DNA of 26,940 nt from a virus (IMGVR_UViG_3300036943_000417:1-26940); one strand, 5' to 3'. Shown: positions 8,950 through 16,894, counted from the stretch's first letter. Notes: a model not told the origin generated them from the sequence alone. Numbers and translations: made by a program.

Positions 8950-9104
8950 CAACACTAATCACCCCCCAAACCGCCGAGGCCCAATCGGCCAGCATTGACA
9001 TCAACATCGACAACAAACCCGTCACCCCTGCGGCATTTGCCCAAGGGAACTATCCCCAGGGGACCACGTTCCGGGTGATCGGCGGGGTGGTGGGTAGCGG
9101 GTAG
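8946..9104 (+). CDS. 52-aa ORF, possibly truncated structural gene (MTTLITPQTAEAQSASIDINIDNKPVT...)
   Basis: AAAGGAG RBS, ATGA overlap with the remnant's stop, ends 4 nt before the convergent polymerase stop. Confidence 0.45.
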   Translation: MTTLITPQTAEAQSASIDINIDNKPVTPAAFAQGNYPQGTTFRVIGGVVGSG

Positions 9105-9108
9105 CGGG

Positions 9109-11763
9109 TTACCCCCCTATCCCTTTCATGCTTCCCCATTTGGTTCCCGCCTTGAAGTCAACCTCCATGAGTACTAACATCTTATCCTTGACAGCGTTTT
9201 GCATGGTATTCCTCGCTACGGGAATAAACTCTTCCACCACTTCTTCCTCCACTTGGTATACTATATCATCGTGGATCTGGATAAGGGGTAGGACCTTGCC
9301 ATTGAACCTTGAACTTCGATAGACCGGAACCAGATCTCCCATAGCCTGCTTGATCACTCCCTGGGCACCTGATTGTATTGGGTAGTTCCCCGCCTGCCGC
9401 TCCGCCTCGATTCGACTCCACCTGTTGGTTGACTTGATCCCCGGGATGTACCGAATTCGACCCCACATGTCGCGGACATACCCGTAACGCTTGGCGTATT
9501 CCCCGTTGGCCTTCATGTAGGCCGCAATCCCGTGGTAGATCTCGAACCAAGCCTTTATCATCTGACGGCAGTCGTCCAGCGAATGGATCGTGGAGCCCCC
9601 CGTCACCAGCTCCCTGTGCAACCCCTCAGCCGTTATGAGGTTCAGGATCCCGAATCCCACTCGTTTCGCGGGGTATCGATGCTTCTTCTCGTCGATTCGG
9701 GAGACGGGGATCCCAAACATCTCGCTGGCTGTGATCGAGTGTATGTCCTCTCCACCCCAGAAGATCTCCAGCATCTTCTCGTCCTTCGCTTCGCTTGCGG
9801 CCACTCTCATCTCAACTTGGCTGTAATCCCCACTGAGTAACACGCAACCCTCGGGGGCAACGTAGCAGTCCCGGACTCGACGGCCCTCAGCGGATCGGGT
9901 GGGTTGGGCCATCAGGTTGGGCTTGCTAGACGAAAGTCGCCCGGTCGCCACCCTCGTCATCCGGAGCGTCGTCCGGATTCGTCCGTCAGGGGAGATGAGC
10001 TTCGGAATCGCATCCGCGTAACTCGACTTCAGCTTCGCATACCCGCGCCAATCTATTATGTCCTGGACCACGGTATGAAGCGGGAGGTAACGCTTGAGTA
10101 TGTCATCCGCCGTGGATTTCGCGCCTCCCTTCTTAGCCTTGTGCATCCCGCCCTTCTCGTGTAGCTTGAGCCTGTCATAGATCAACTCGGACATCTGGGG
10201 GGCTGAATTTGGGTTGAGTGTCACCCCCGGCATGTGGTGGCCCACGTTCAACTGTATTTTCCGTTGAAGCAGGTCCATCCGCCCCTGCAACCAATTCCCC
10301 AACTCCAGCAGGGCATCCAAGTCCACCGGCATTCCGTTCGCCATCATGTCCACGACCATGGGCATGGCCCGCATGTCCCGCTGGAGAGTCCCGTCCAGGC
10401 CCAGAGCTTCGATTCGAGCCGCGAGAAGAGGGTAAACCCGAATCGTAGCATCAGCGTCCCGTGCAGAGTAGAAGATTGCCTCCTCCTCGTCAATGTCGCA
10501 CAGCTCCCCCTCCTGCATAGGACCGAGAAGCTCTTCCACCACTTCTTTTCCCTCTTTCACTGCCTTCCATGCATCCCACGGGTTTACGTTCTTCTCCTCC
10601 ACCCCCTTCAGGATGCGGGTGATCTTGCGTAGTATGTTCTGCGGCTGGCGGACGTGGGGTTCCCCCTTCTTCCACTCCAGGACTGGTTCCGGGTCGGGGT
10701 ACTCCAAGCCCGCTGCCACCTCCAGGTACTCCATAGCCTTCTCCAGCGTTGCACCCGCAACCATCTCCGAGTAGGACGCCATCTTCATCCCGCAGTGGCG
10801 GAAAGCTAGAGGCTTGAGTCCCTGGGGTTCGTTCTGCAGAAGGTAGGCCATAACCATAGTGTCCACGGGATTTGCGGGTTCGATCCCGACTTGGCGCAAG
10901 ACCGGGAGATCGTAGAGAGCGTTATGGATTACGGTCGTAACGTCTCGAGAGCCCAGGACGAGCTGAAGAGAGGCAAGCGAGGATGATTGGTCCGCCCCGA
11001 TCACCCAGGCTGTTCCAGGGGCTATCGAGAGGCTAAGACACCACATCTGGCCTCGCGCCCACTCCGTGTCCACGGCCACGACCAGCCTGCCAGGCACCAA
11101 ACCCTGCTCCTTGGCGTATAGCTGGATATGATCCGGGGAGAGGGGGAAGGTCGAGTGGTCTCCGATGACGTGGTAAGACTCGCGACCCTCATGATCGTCG
11201 GTTGGGGGGTAAGGGGCTATCTCCCCCTTCACCACCTTCCCCGCGAGCGCCATATCCGTATGGAACAGAATCATGGTCTCGGGGGAATGGAGTCCGGCTG
11301 CTGGATGGTACGTCGGGATGACGATCGTCTCGTGGCCCGCAACGGTTGCCGGGCGGGGGATTCCGTGAGTGAGTTCGACGTCGGTCGGGCCGAGGATCCA
11401 GCGGATGGCGGTCCGGCCCATAGCGATGATGAACTTGGGTTTCAGCCGTTTGATCTCGTTGGTGAGGTGACGGGAGGTGCACTCCTGGACTTCCGCTTCG
11501 GTTGGGGTGCGGTTCGCGGGCGGCTGGCAGCGGCAAACGTTATCGAGCCAGACTCCCTGGCGTGATATCCCGTTGAGGTCGAGGTGGTGGCGGGCCTCCT
11601 CCCCCGAGGATCCGATGAGCGGGCGACCCCACTTGTTCTCCTCCCAGCCCGGAGCCTCGGCGATGACCATGACGCGAGGATGGGGGACGGGGGTCGTGGA
11701 GTAGAACTCACCCGCTACGGGCTTCACGCCTCGGGCCGCGAGGGAGCATGCTTGACACTTCAT
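9109..11763 (-). CDS. polA: Family A DNA polymerase with N-terminal family-4 uracil-DNA glycosylase domain and 3'-5' exonuclease
   Basis: UDG: CxxC...AEAPG..E...GRP..G.SG...NVCRC.PP.NR.P...E...C...YHPAA. Exonuclease: VDTE, HNALYDL, DTM, YSARDA. Polymerase: TGRLSSSKPNL, motif A DYSQVEMR, motif B RYPAKRVGFGILNL, motif C QIHDD. Confidence 0.95.
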   Translation of the reverse strand: MKCQACSLAARGVKPVAGEFYSTTPVPHPRVMVIAEAPGWEENKWGRPLIGSSGEEARHHLDLNGISRQGVWLDNVCRCQPPANRTPTEAEVQECTSRHLTNEIKRLKPKFIIAMGRTAIRWILGPTDVELTHGIPRPATVAGHETIVIPTYHPAAGLHSPETMILFHTDMALAGKVVKGEIAPYPPTDDHEGRESYHVIGDHSTFPLSPDHIQLYAKEQGLVPGRLVVAVDTEWARGQMWCLSLSIAPGTAWVIGADQSSSLASLQLVLGSRDVTTVIHNALYDLPVLRQVGIEPANPVDTMVMAYLLQNEPQGLKPLAFRHCGMKMASYSEMVAGATLEKAMEYLEVAAGLEYPDPEPVLEWKKGEPHVRQPQNILRKITRILKGVEEKNVNPWDAWKAVKEGKEVVEELLGPMQEGELCDIDEEEAIFYSARDADATIRVYPLLAARIEALGLDGTLQRDMRAMPMVVDMMANGMPVDLDALLELGNWLQGRMDLLQRKIQLNVGHHMPGVTLNPNSAPQMSELIYDRLKLHEKGGMHKAKKGGAKSTADDILKRYLPLHTVVQDIIDWRGYAKLKSSYADAIPKLISPDGRIRTTLRMTRVATGRLSSSKPNLMAQPTRSAEGRRVRDCYVAPEGCVLLSGDYSQVEMRVAASEAKDEKMLEIFWGGEDIHSITASEMFGIPVSRIDEKKHRYPAKRVGFGILNLITAEGLHRELVTGGSTIHSLDDCRQMIKAWFEIYHGIAAYMKANGEYAKRYGYVRDMWGRIRYIPGIKSTNRWSRIEAERQAGNYPIQSGAQGVIKQAMGDLVPVYRSSRFNGKVLPLIQIHDDIVYQVEEEVVEEFIPVARNTMQNAVKDKMLVLMEVDFKAGTKWGSMKGIGG

Positions 11764-12122
11764 CGGTCCTCCCCATCCCGAATGGACTTGAACAACTCCA
11801 CTCTGGTCTCCCTGTCCTCTATGGGGTCTAGGTTCTTCATGGCTTCAGTGGCCCGACGCCAATTCTCCAGTTCCTCTTCGGTTTTACACGATATCACGTT
11901 GACTTTATACCCGGAGACGTCAAACGTATATCCCGTGTACTCTTCGACATCCGAGGTCAACTCCACTTCCGTTATGTGCCTGAGTATACCAAACATGTTT
12001 ACCGCCACAATCTCCGGGACTACGATATCGAAGTCCGAATCAGGTCTAGCGGGTCCATAAGCCCTGGTTCCAGTAAGAAATATACGCGGGCTATTATGTG
12101 CGATTTCCTCTGAGATTCTCAT
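11760..12122 (-). CDS. Minimal nucleotidyltransferase (Pol-beta superfamily)
   Basis: FLTGTRAYG.ARPDSDFDIVV (GS/T...DxD signature). Start 12122 after AAGGAGG. ATGA-coupled to the polymerase. Confidence 0.8.
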   Translation of the reverse strand: MRISEEIAHNSPRIFLTGTRAYGPARPDSDFDIVVPEIVAVNMFGILRHITEVELTSDVEEYTGYTFDVSGYKVNVISCKTEEELENWRRATEAMKNLDPIEDRETRVELFKSIRDGEDR

Positions 12123-12328
12123 CGGTCCTCCTTCGCCAAACCTGCGGCATTCAATCGCTCCACCCAACCTGCGGCATTCACGCGGTCCACAATCCCCTGA
12201 GCCAGCTCGTAATCCCGCAAGCTCACCTTAGTCTCGTCTCCCCTCTTCACCAGCCACAGATCGCACGTGCACGGTTTTCGCCCGCAGGTGCACTCTGCCA
12301 GCTCAACGCTCCATAGTGTGTCTTCCAT
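12119..12328 (-). CDS. Hypothetical small Cys-containing protein
   Basis: AAAGGAGG RBS, CTCGRKPCTC motif, ATGA overlap with the downstream gene. Confidence 0.6.
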   Translation of the reverse strand: MEDTLWSVELAECTCGRKPCTCDLWLVKRGDETKVSLRDYELAQGIVDRVNAAGWVERLNAAGLAKEDR

Positions 12329-12361
12329 TTGGTCCCTCCTTTGCGGGTAAAGGGTGGCGGG

Positions 12362-12571
12362 CTACTTGTGCCGCCACACCCGCATCAATTCGTTCTCGTT
12401 TCCCGTCCAATCCTGGAGCCTGCAGCCAGTTGGGAAGCGATAATCGTCGTTCATCCCCCCGACCTCACACTTGCTCCAGAACGGGCACTCACTGCAATTC
12501 TTAATTGTGACGTAATAACGCTTCGTCCGATCCGTCTGCTCCAGCGGGTTGAGGTTGACGCCTAATCCCAT
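12362..12571 (-). CDS. Hypothetical small Cys-rich protein
   Basis: I.NCSECPF..C...FPTGC.L.D pattern; overlaps the end of the HD gene. Confidence 0.6.
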   Translation of the reverse strand: MGLGVNLNPLEQTDRTKRYYVTIKNCSECPFWSKCEVGGMNDDYRFPTGCRLQDWTGNENELMRVWRHK

Positions 12572-13110
12572 AGCTTTATCCCCTTATAGTAGTTTGTTAG
12601 TTTCGCCTTCGTCCAGGCCCGAAGCCTATCGTGGAAACGGTACAAGTTTAACCAGGTCCGGCGCTCGCCGGGAACGTGGATCTCGTACATGGGGTTCTCC
12701 AGGTATTCCCAACCCTCCTCGCTAAGCCACGCGAGGGTAGCCCAGAGCCAAGAGGGGTAGGAGGCGGTCGCGGCCTTATCCACCCAACAGAAGGTGGAGG
12801 GTGCGAGGTTCATCCGCCGGGCAAAGAAGCGGGAGTGGCAAAGGACCTCCTCGTACCACCACTGGCTACGGGTTAAGCGATAGACCAGGTTGGCACCGAA
12901 GATGGAGTGCTGGTCGCCACAAGGTCCGTCCATGGTTCGGCAGCCCCAATAACCCCAATCATGCACAATAGCCGCGAGGATGCGACCGGGGAGGGATGGA
13001 GGCTTGGAGTCGGGATACGGGTAAAACTTAGACCACACCCTCAATACGAAAAAGGGGTGGATGGCGAATTGGTGGCAGCCGAAAAGCAGCGAGCGAGTTC
13101 CGAGTTTCAT
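12562..13110 (-). CDS. HD-domain phosphohydrolase-like protein
   Basis: H(QFAI)H...IVHDWGY...H...H(SR)...WVDK metal-ligand pattern. Start 13110 with AAGGAG RBS and ATGA overlap. Confidence 0.65.
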   Translation of the reverse strand: MKLGTRSLLFGCHQFAIHPFFVLRVWSKFYPYPDSKPPSLPGRILAAIVHDWGYWGCRTMDGPCGDQHSIFGANLVYRLTRSQWWYEEVLCHSRFFARRMNLAPSTFCWVDKAATASYPSWLWATLAWLSEEGWEYLENPMYEIHVPGERRTWLNLYRFHDRLRAWTKAKLTNYYKGIKLWD

Positions 13111-13718
13111 GAGTTCTCCTTTATTTCCTTTATGATCGCCTCGTTCCACCAGTCAGCCCATGCCTGGGCACGGGCGCCTTCAAGATGCACATTCCCAGCT
13201 GCAAGGTATCGCCTGTCTTTTTCAGAGTTGTCTACATGACGCCCCCAAAAACGAAAACGAACTTCGTTGAAGCTATTTATAAACCAGTACTGAGTTCCAT
13301 CCTTTGGTGCCTCAACCTCCGGCCTTGGCAACTCCACACCGCCGATGTTGATTGTCGGGTGTTCCTGTTGTTCTGTCTTTTTAATCTGCTCTGTAAAAAC
13401 CCATACCTTTCGTCCGGCTGGATACTTGTTGTTATTTGATTCGAGCAACAAAACCTCAACTGCCTCTCCCGATTGTTCCACCACAACTGCTCTCAGCGGT
13501 ATAGCAAAGCGAAATCTATCATAAACCAAAACGGTTTGCCCGGCCTGGAACGGGGGTTCTTTGCGGTGGTATTCAGCATATTCTATCCAGTTTGGCTGTC
13601 TGTCTAAAGCTTTCCAATGGTCCGCAGAATTCCATTTGAATTCCCACAACTCCCAAGGCCGTTCATAATTCTTGCAATCTTCCTCATACTGCTTTTTCAG
13701 TTCTTCGTGTGCCATCAC
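13107..13718 (-). CDS. Conserved-type phage hypothetical protein (AT-rich, apparently chimeric)
   Basis: Y.ED....PWELWE...P.W...Y.RK and TINIGGVE.P.P...P..G..Y...D...L..G.VH motifs flank an extra beta-rich segment. Lower GC than its neighbours. Confidence 0.7.
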   Translation of the reverse strand: MMAHEELKKQYEEDCKNYERPWELWEFKWNSADHWKALDRQPNWIEYAEYHRKEPPFQAGQTVLVYDRFRFAIPLRAVVVEQSGEAVEVLLLESNNNKYPAGRKVWVFTEQIKKTEQQEHPTINIGGVELPRPEVEAPKDGTQYWFINSFNEVRFRFWGRHVDNSEKDRRYLAAGNVHLEGARAQAWADWWNEAIIKEIKENS

Positions 13719-14437
13719 TCCCCTCCTGGATTTAATTGTTTAATTACATTTTTCGCAAGTTTAGGGCCTATCCCATCGATCCCCAGCAGCTCGTCTTCCG
13801 TTGCGGTCACGAAGTCCAGAGGATCCACAAACGCCTCCCCCATCTTCCGCGCCTTATCCCATCCGATACCGTCGAGTTGAGCCGCGAGACGGGTGACTAG
13901 GTTGGGCTTCCGGAGACTCGCGTACTCTTGGGGTTTCTGCCATTGGAGATGGGATTTATGCTTCGCCCAGGGCCGGGACCACCAACCGTAAACCGTATCA
14001 AGCCAGCGCCCTGTCTCCCACTGATTGCTGGTGGCGACGACCTGGACTCCGCAGAGAATGGAGACGGACTGAAGGAAAGCCCAGACGTCCCGCGCCATGA
14101 AGCGCCTCGACCCTTGCGCGATTGGGGTCCACCCGTTGCCCCTGGGCTTCATGAGGACGCCAGAGCGCCGATCGGGTCGCCATATCCCCTCTACCAGGAG
14201 ATACACGAAACCGTACTCCTCCTTCAACCCGATGAGCTGATGGCCCACTAGACGACCCGACGTCATACTCTGGATCAGGTCCCGGATCCCCTTGCGCTCT
14301 ACCCCGACGTCAATCTGACCCCGAGGCCCGCAACCGCTGAAGGCAAAGTCCGCGTATTCCAGGCGGCACAGGGCCTTGGGGGAATTGATGAACGGAAAGA
14401 TCTCCTTGGATCCCACTCTGTCATCGACGAGTATGAT
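13715..14437 (-). CDS. ERCC4/XPF-family nuclease with C-terminal HhH (probable non-AUG start)
   Basis: ILVDDR..S.E, L.YADF, VERKGIRDL..S...GRL..Q, LLVEG and HhH GIG.....GIGPK. AGGAGGT RBS at 14443-14449 precedes ATC/ATA codons. Confidence 0.85.
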   Translation of the reverse strand: MILVDDRVGSKEIFPFINSPKALCRLEYADFAFSGCGPRGQIDVGVERKGIRDLIQSMTSGRLVGHQLIGLKEEYGFVYLLVEGIWRPDRRSGVLMKPRGNGWTPIAQGSRRFMARDVWAFLQSVSILCGVQVVATSNQWETGRWLDTVYGWWSRPWAKHKSHLQWQKPQEYASLRKPNLVTRLAAQLDGIGWDKARKMGEAFVDPLDFVTATEDELLGIDGIGPKLAKNVIKQLNPGGE

Positions 14438-14780
14438 AGTACACCTCCTGTAGTTCTTCTTGACTGGGGGTATCTTCACAGAACTGGCAATTCATACATA
14501 TAGTTCTAAACCCCTCTGGAAAGTCATTCTTGATTATCCACGTGTAAAACTCAATATCTGAAGCCCTTAACTCTTTTTTGTGTTTAGTTCCTCCTCCATA
14601 TATATGGTCTATACTCAAACAGGCCAATCTATCTTCGCCACACAATACACACTCTAGTGTTCCATTACTATAGTAATTCAAAATCTTCAATTTATCGATC
14701 AACCTTCTGAACTTTTTACTTCTTCTTTGTCTTTCCTTTCTGTTTTCTGGGTTTCTATCATTCCACCTCTTTATGCCCAT
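14421..14780 (-). CDS. HNH endonuclease (probable homing/mobile)
   Basis: CVLCGE....LSIDHI.GGG..H......Y.W...N.FP.GF..ICMNC. Sharply AT-rich island at about 14480-14845. Confidence 0.8.
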   Translation of the reverse strand: MGIKRWNDRNPENRKERQRRSKKFRRLIDKLKILNYYSNGTLECVLCGEDRLACLSIDHIYGGGTKHKKELRASDIEFYTWIIKNDFPEGFRTICMNCQFCEDTPSQEELQEVYYHTRR

Positions 14781-14838
14781 TTTTTGGTTTCTTTTCTAGT
14801 TTTCAAACCCGGCTTTACTTCTACGGGCTTTTTATCTT

Positions 14839-15027
14839 TTAACTGCTCCACTCATCTGGTTCCTCCCTTTCCGTCTCGAACCGTTCCGTCTCGGATTCCA
14901 CCTCGGGCAACTCGTACCCGCGACCGGCGCAACAGGGGCAACTGGTTCCGTCCGCCGGCCCCTCTCCGGTCCCGGCGCAACAGGAGCAGTCCGGGAGCCA
15001 GCCTTCCTTCAACAGTTCCTCAAACAT
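14839..15027 (-). CDS. Small DnaJ-type zinc-finger protein with acidic tail
   Basis: Two CxxCxGxG motifs (CSCCAGTG, CPCCAGRG); GAGGAGG RBS before ATG 15027. Confidence 0.65.
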   Translation of the reverse strand: MFEELLKEGWLPDCSCCAGTGEGPADGTSCPCCAGRGYELPEVESETERFETEREEPDEWSS

Positions 15028-15430
15028 GGGTCCTCCTCGTCCTCGGATGTACCTGGACGTGTGCGTGAATTCCGAGGGACGCCCGATTCTGGTGGACGAC
15101 GCAACAAGCCATGTCGGGCCGCTTGGGGTCGTAGGTCCAACGTTCGTTGATTTCCCCTGCAATCTCGCGAATCTTCTCCCGAGGTCCGTAGCACCAGGAG
15201 CGCAGGTCGAGGGCGCGGACCGGGTCAGTTCCGTGAAGGTCGTTAGGGTGGGTTTGGGGTCGCCAGCTTTCCGTGACTACCACCCCATGGCGCTCCACCA
15301 ACCAGGTGAGGATGTCGAGGAGGTAGGGGTGGAAGACTTGAGTGGCAAATCCCATGGCGATGCTGGAGTCTTTGATCCAAAATTCTCCAGGGGATACGAT
15401 GTCTGGGGTTTGATATTTGATCAGGTTCAT
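15020..15430 (-). CDS. Peptidase M15-like zinc peptidase (candidate endolysin)
   Basis: VVTES.R...H....RALDLR...HAHVQV (H-x7-D...HxH). AAAGGAG RBS before ATG 15430. Confidence 0.7.
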   Translation of the reverse strand: MNLIKYQTPDIVSPGEFWIKDSSIAMGFATQVFHPYLLDILTWLVERHGVVVTESWRPQTHPNDLHGTDPVRALDLRSWCYGPREKIREIAGEINERWTYDPKRPDMACCVVHQNRASLGIHAHVQVHPRTRRTHV

Positions 15431-15462
15431 GGGTCTCTCCTTTACTAGTTTCGGGTAACGGG

Positions 15463-16194
15463 TTACATCCACGCGCTAGGGTCCACGTTTGGCAGAACGT
15501 TCATCGCCAGCATGGGGAAACTGCAGCTATCACCCTCCAAGACCTCTCCGGCCAAATCCGGGTTCTGTCTGCAGTCTTTCACCCAAAGGCAGAATTCTCC
15601 GCCAGACTCGGGGTCATACCGGTATACTTGAGCGTTCACTTGGACCAGAAACCCCATATCGGAGAAGCCCGCGCGCTCCCACTCCCCCGTCCTCTTGTCG
15701 TTGATGTATTGAGCCTTCATCTTGTGTAGTAGGATTAGGTTCTTGTCCCACTTGTACGCCTCGCGGATGAGGGCGCGGAATTCGGCGTTGACGGGTCCGT
15801 ACTGGTAGGGCATAACCTGCGTCAGTCTCCCGAACCTCGCCATCCTCAGGAGCTCCCAGATCTCCGTTGCCGTGTCCACCACGATCGAGCGAACCTCAGA
15901 GCCCTTCATCAGGTCGAGGTAGGCGGACTTGAATCGGTCCCACTCCGCCGGAGCCTCCTCCGCCGCATCCTCATCGATTCGCGCGACATCCTTCACCCAC
16001 ACTTCCTTCTCCTTTTCGAACTTCTCCGTCACTCCCTCCTCCCCGATATCTGTCGAGAAAAGGGCGACGGGTCCTGGAGCCGTGAGGGCGAAGTGTGTCT
16101 TTCCCTGCTTCTCCAGGCCGGCAACCGAAACGATAATCCGGTCATGGGACTCCCGATCCTGGGAGCGCGTGAAGTTATGCTTCTTGAGTGTCAT
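15463..16194 (-). CDS. AAA/RecA-like ATPase (AAA_24 / Sak4-like)
   Basis: Walker A GLEKQGKT, Walker B IVVDT, NLILLH; near a PD-(D/E)XK nuclease and an SSB-like gene. Confidence 0.8.
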   Translation of the reverse strand: MTLKKHNFTRSQDRESHDRIIVSVAGLEKQGKTHFALTAPGPVALFSTDIGEEGVTEKFEKEKEVWVKDVARIDEDAAEEAPAEWDRFKSAYLDLMKGSEVRSIVVDTATEIWELLRMARFGRLTQVMPYQYGPVNAEFRALIREAYKWDKNLILLHKMKAQYINDKRTGEWERAGFSDMGFLVQVNAQVYRYDPESGGEFCLWVKDCRQNPDLAGEVLEGDSCSFPMLAMNVLPNVDPSAWM

Positions 16195-16894
16195 TTTCCC
16201 GTCCTTCCTCCCTAACTATTTCCTGCCCCAAAATTACAGATGGGTCTACCTGAACCAGTAATCCGGTCAGAACACCCGCCCGGTATTTCTCGTTAGACTC
16301 TATAACCTCGTTCCAGTGTATACCCCCAATAAGCCTGGATATAACTCCCGCGTAAGAGTTAAGGGTTATGTTGTATCCTTTCCTGTAGTACTTCAGGACT
16401 CTAAGGGCTGACCCTCCTGCATCCTCGTTCCGCTGAGGGTAGGTGTATGACAGTCGTCGGGCTGCAAGATCCTGGTAGTAGTCTGGGTGAACCAACCCAC
16501 ACCACTCATGCGGGGATCCAACCTTGGGGTTGCACCAGAGAACGGCACAGGCGATCGTGAAGTCAAAACTGCCCAATACCTCCTTTGGGTGGGGATACAT
16601 CCACCTGGTGATCACCTGAATCGGATAGGGCTTAGATATAATGGTTAACGCGTTTTTGGTCTTTACGGTCTTCTTCGTAACTATGCTAAGTAGCTCCACC
16701 ACTTTGTCCTTCGTCCTGTCCGAGTCCACGAATAAGTCTATGTCATTTATACTGTCCCCCGTGATACAGCTTCGAATGAAACCACCCCCAATACAGACTT
16801 TGGGGCCTAATTCCTCCATCATATGGACTACTTCCTTGGGTATATGGCGCTTACACCACAGTATGTCTTCCTGTCTCATCTGCTCCTTTCTCAT
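16175..16894 (-). CDS. Nucleotidyltransferase, CCA/poly(A)-polymerase head-like
   Basis: IGGGFIRS.I.....NDIDLF, SFDFTI and R..KY..KGY motifs; AAGGAGGT RBS. Confidence 0.8.
   Translation of the reverse strand: MRKEQMRQEDILWCKRHIPKEVVHMMEELGPKVCIGGGFIRSCITGDSINDIDLFVDSDRTKDKVVELLSIVTKKTVKTKNALTIISKPYPIQVITRWMYPHPKEVLGSFDFTIACAVLWCNPKVGSPHEWCGLVHPDYYQDLAARRLSYTYPQRNEDAGGSALRVLKYYRKGYNITLNSYAGVISRLIGGIHWNEVIESNEKYRAGVLTGLLVQVDPSVILGQEIVREEGRENDTQEA

Noticed and set aside
7078-9104. Diversity-generating retroelement or invertase-driven tail-fibre switching
   Set aside because: No reverse transcriptase, template/variable repeat pair, recombinase or inverted crossover sites were seen in the window.
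9109-11763. Calling the polymerase dpoZ, or an intein within it
   Set aside because: The UDG fusion differs from described DpoZ and clade membership cannot be judged without a phylogeny. No intein motifs or excess length were seen.
11760-12328. MNT-HEPN toxin-antitoxin pair
   Set aside because: Neighbours of the minimal nucleotidyltransferase are not helical HEPN-like proteins and lack an RxxxxH motif in a HEPN context.
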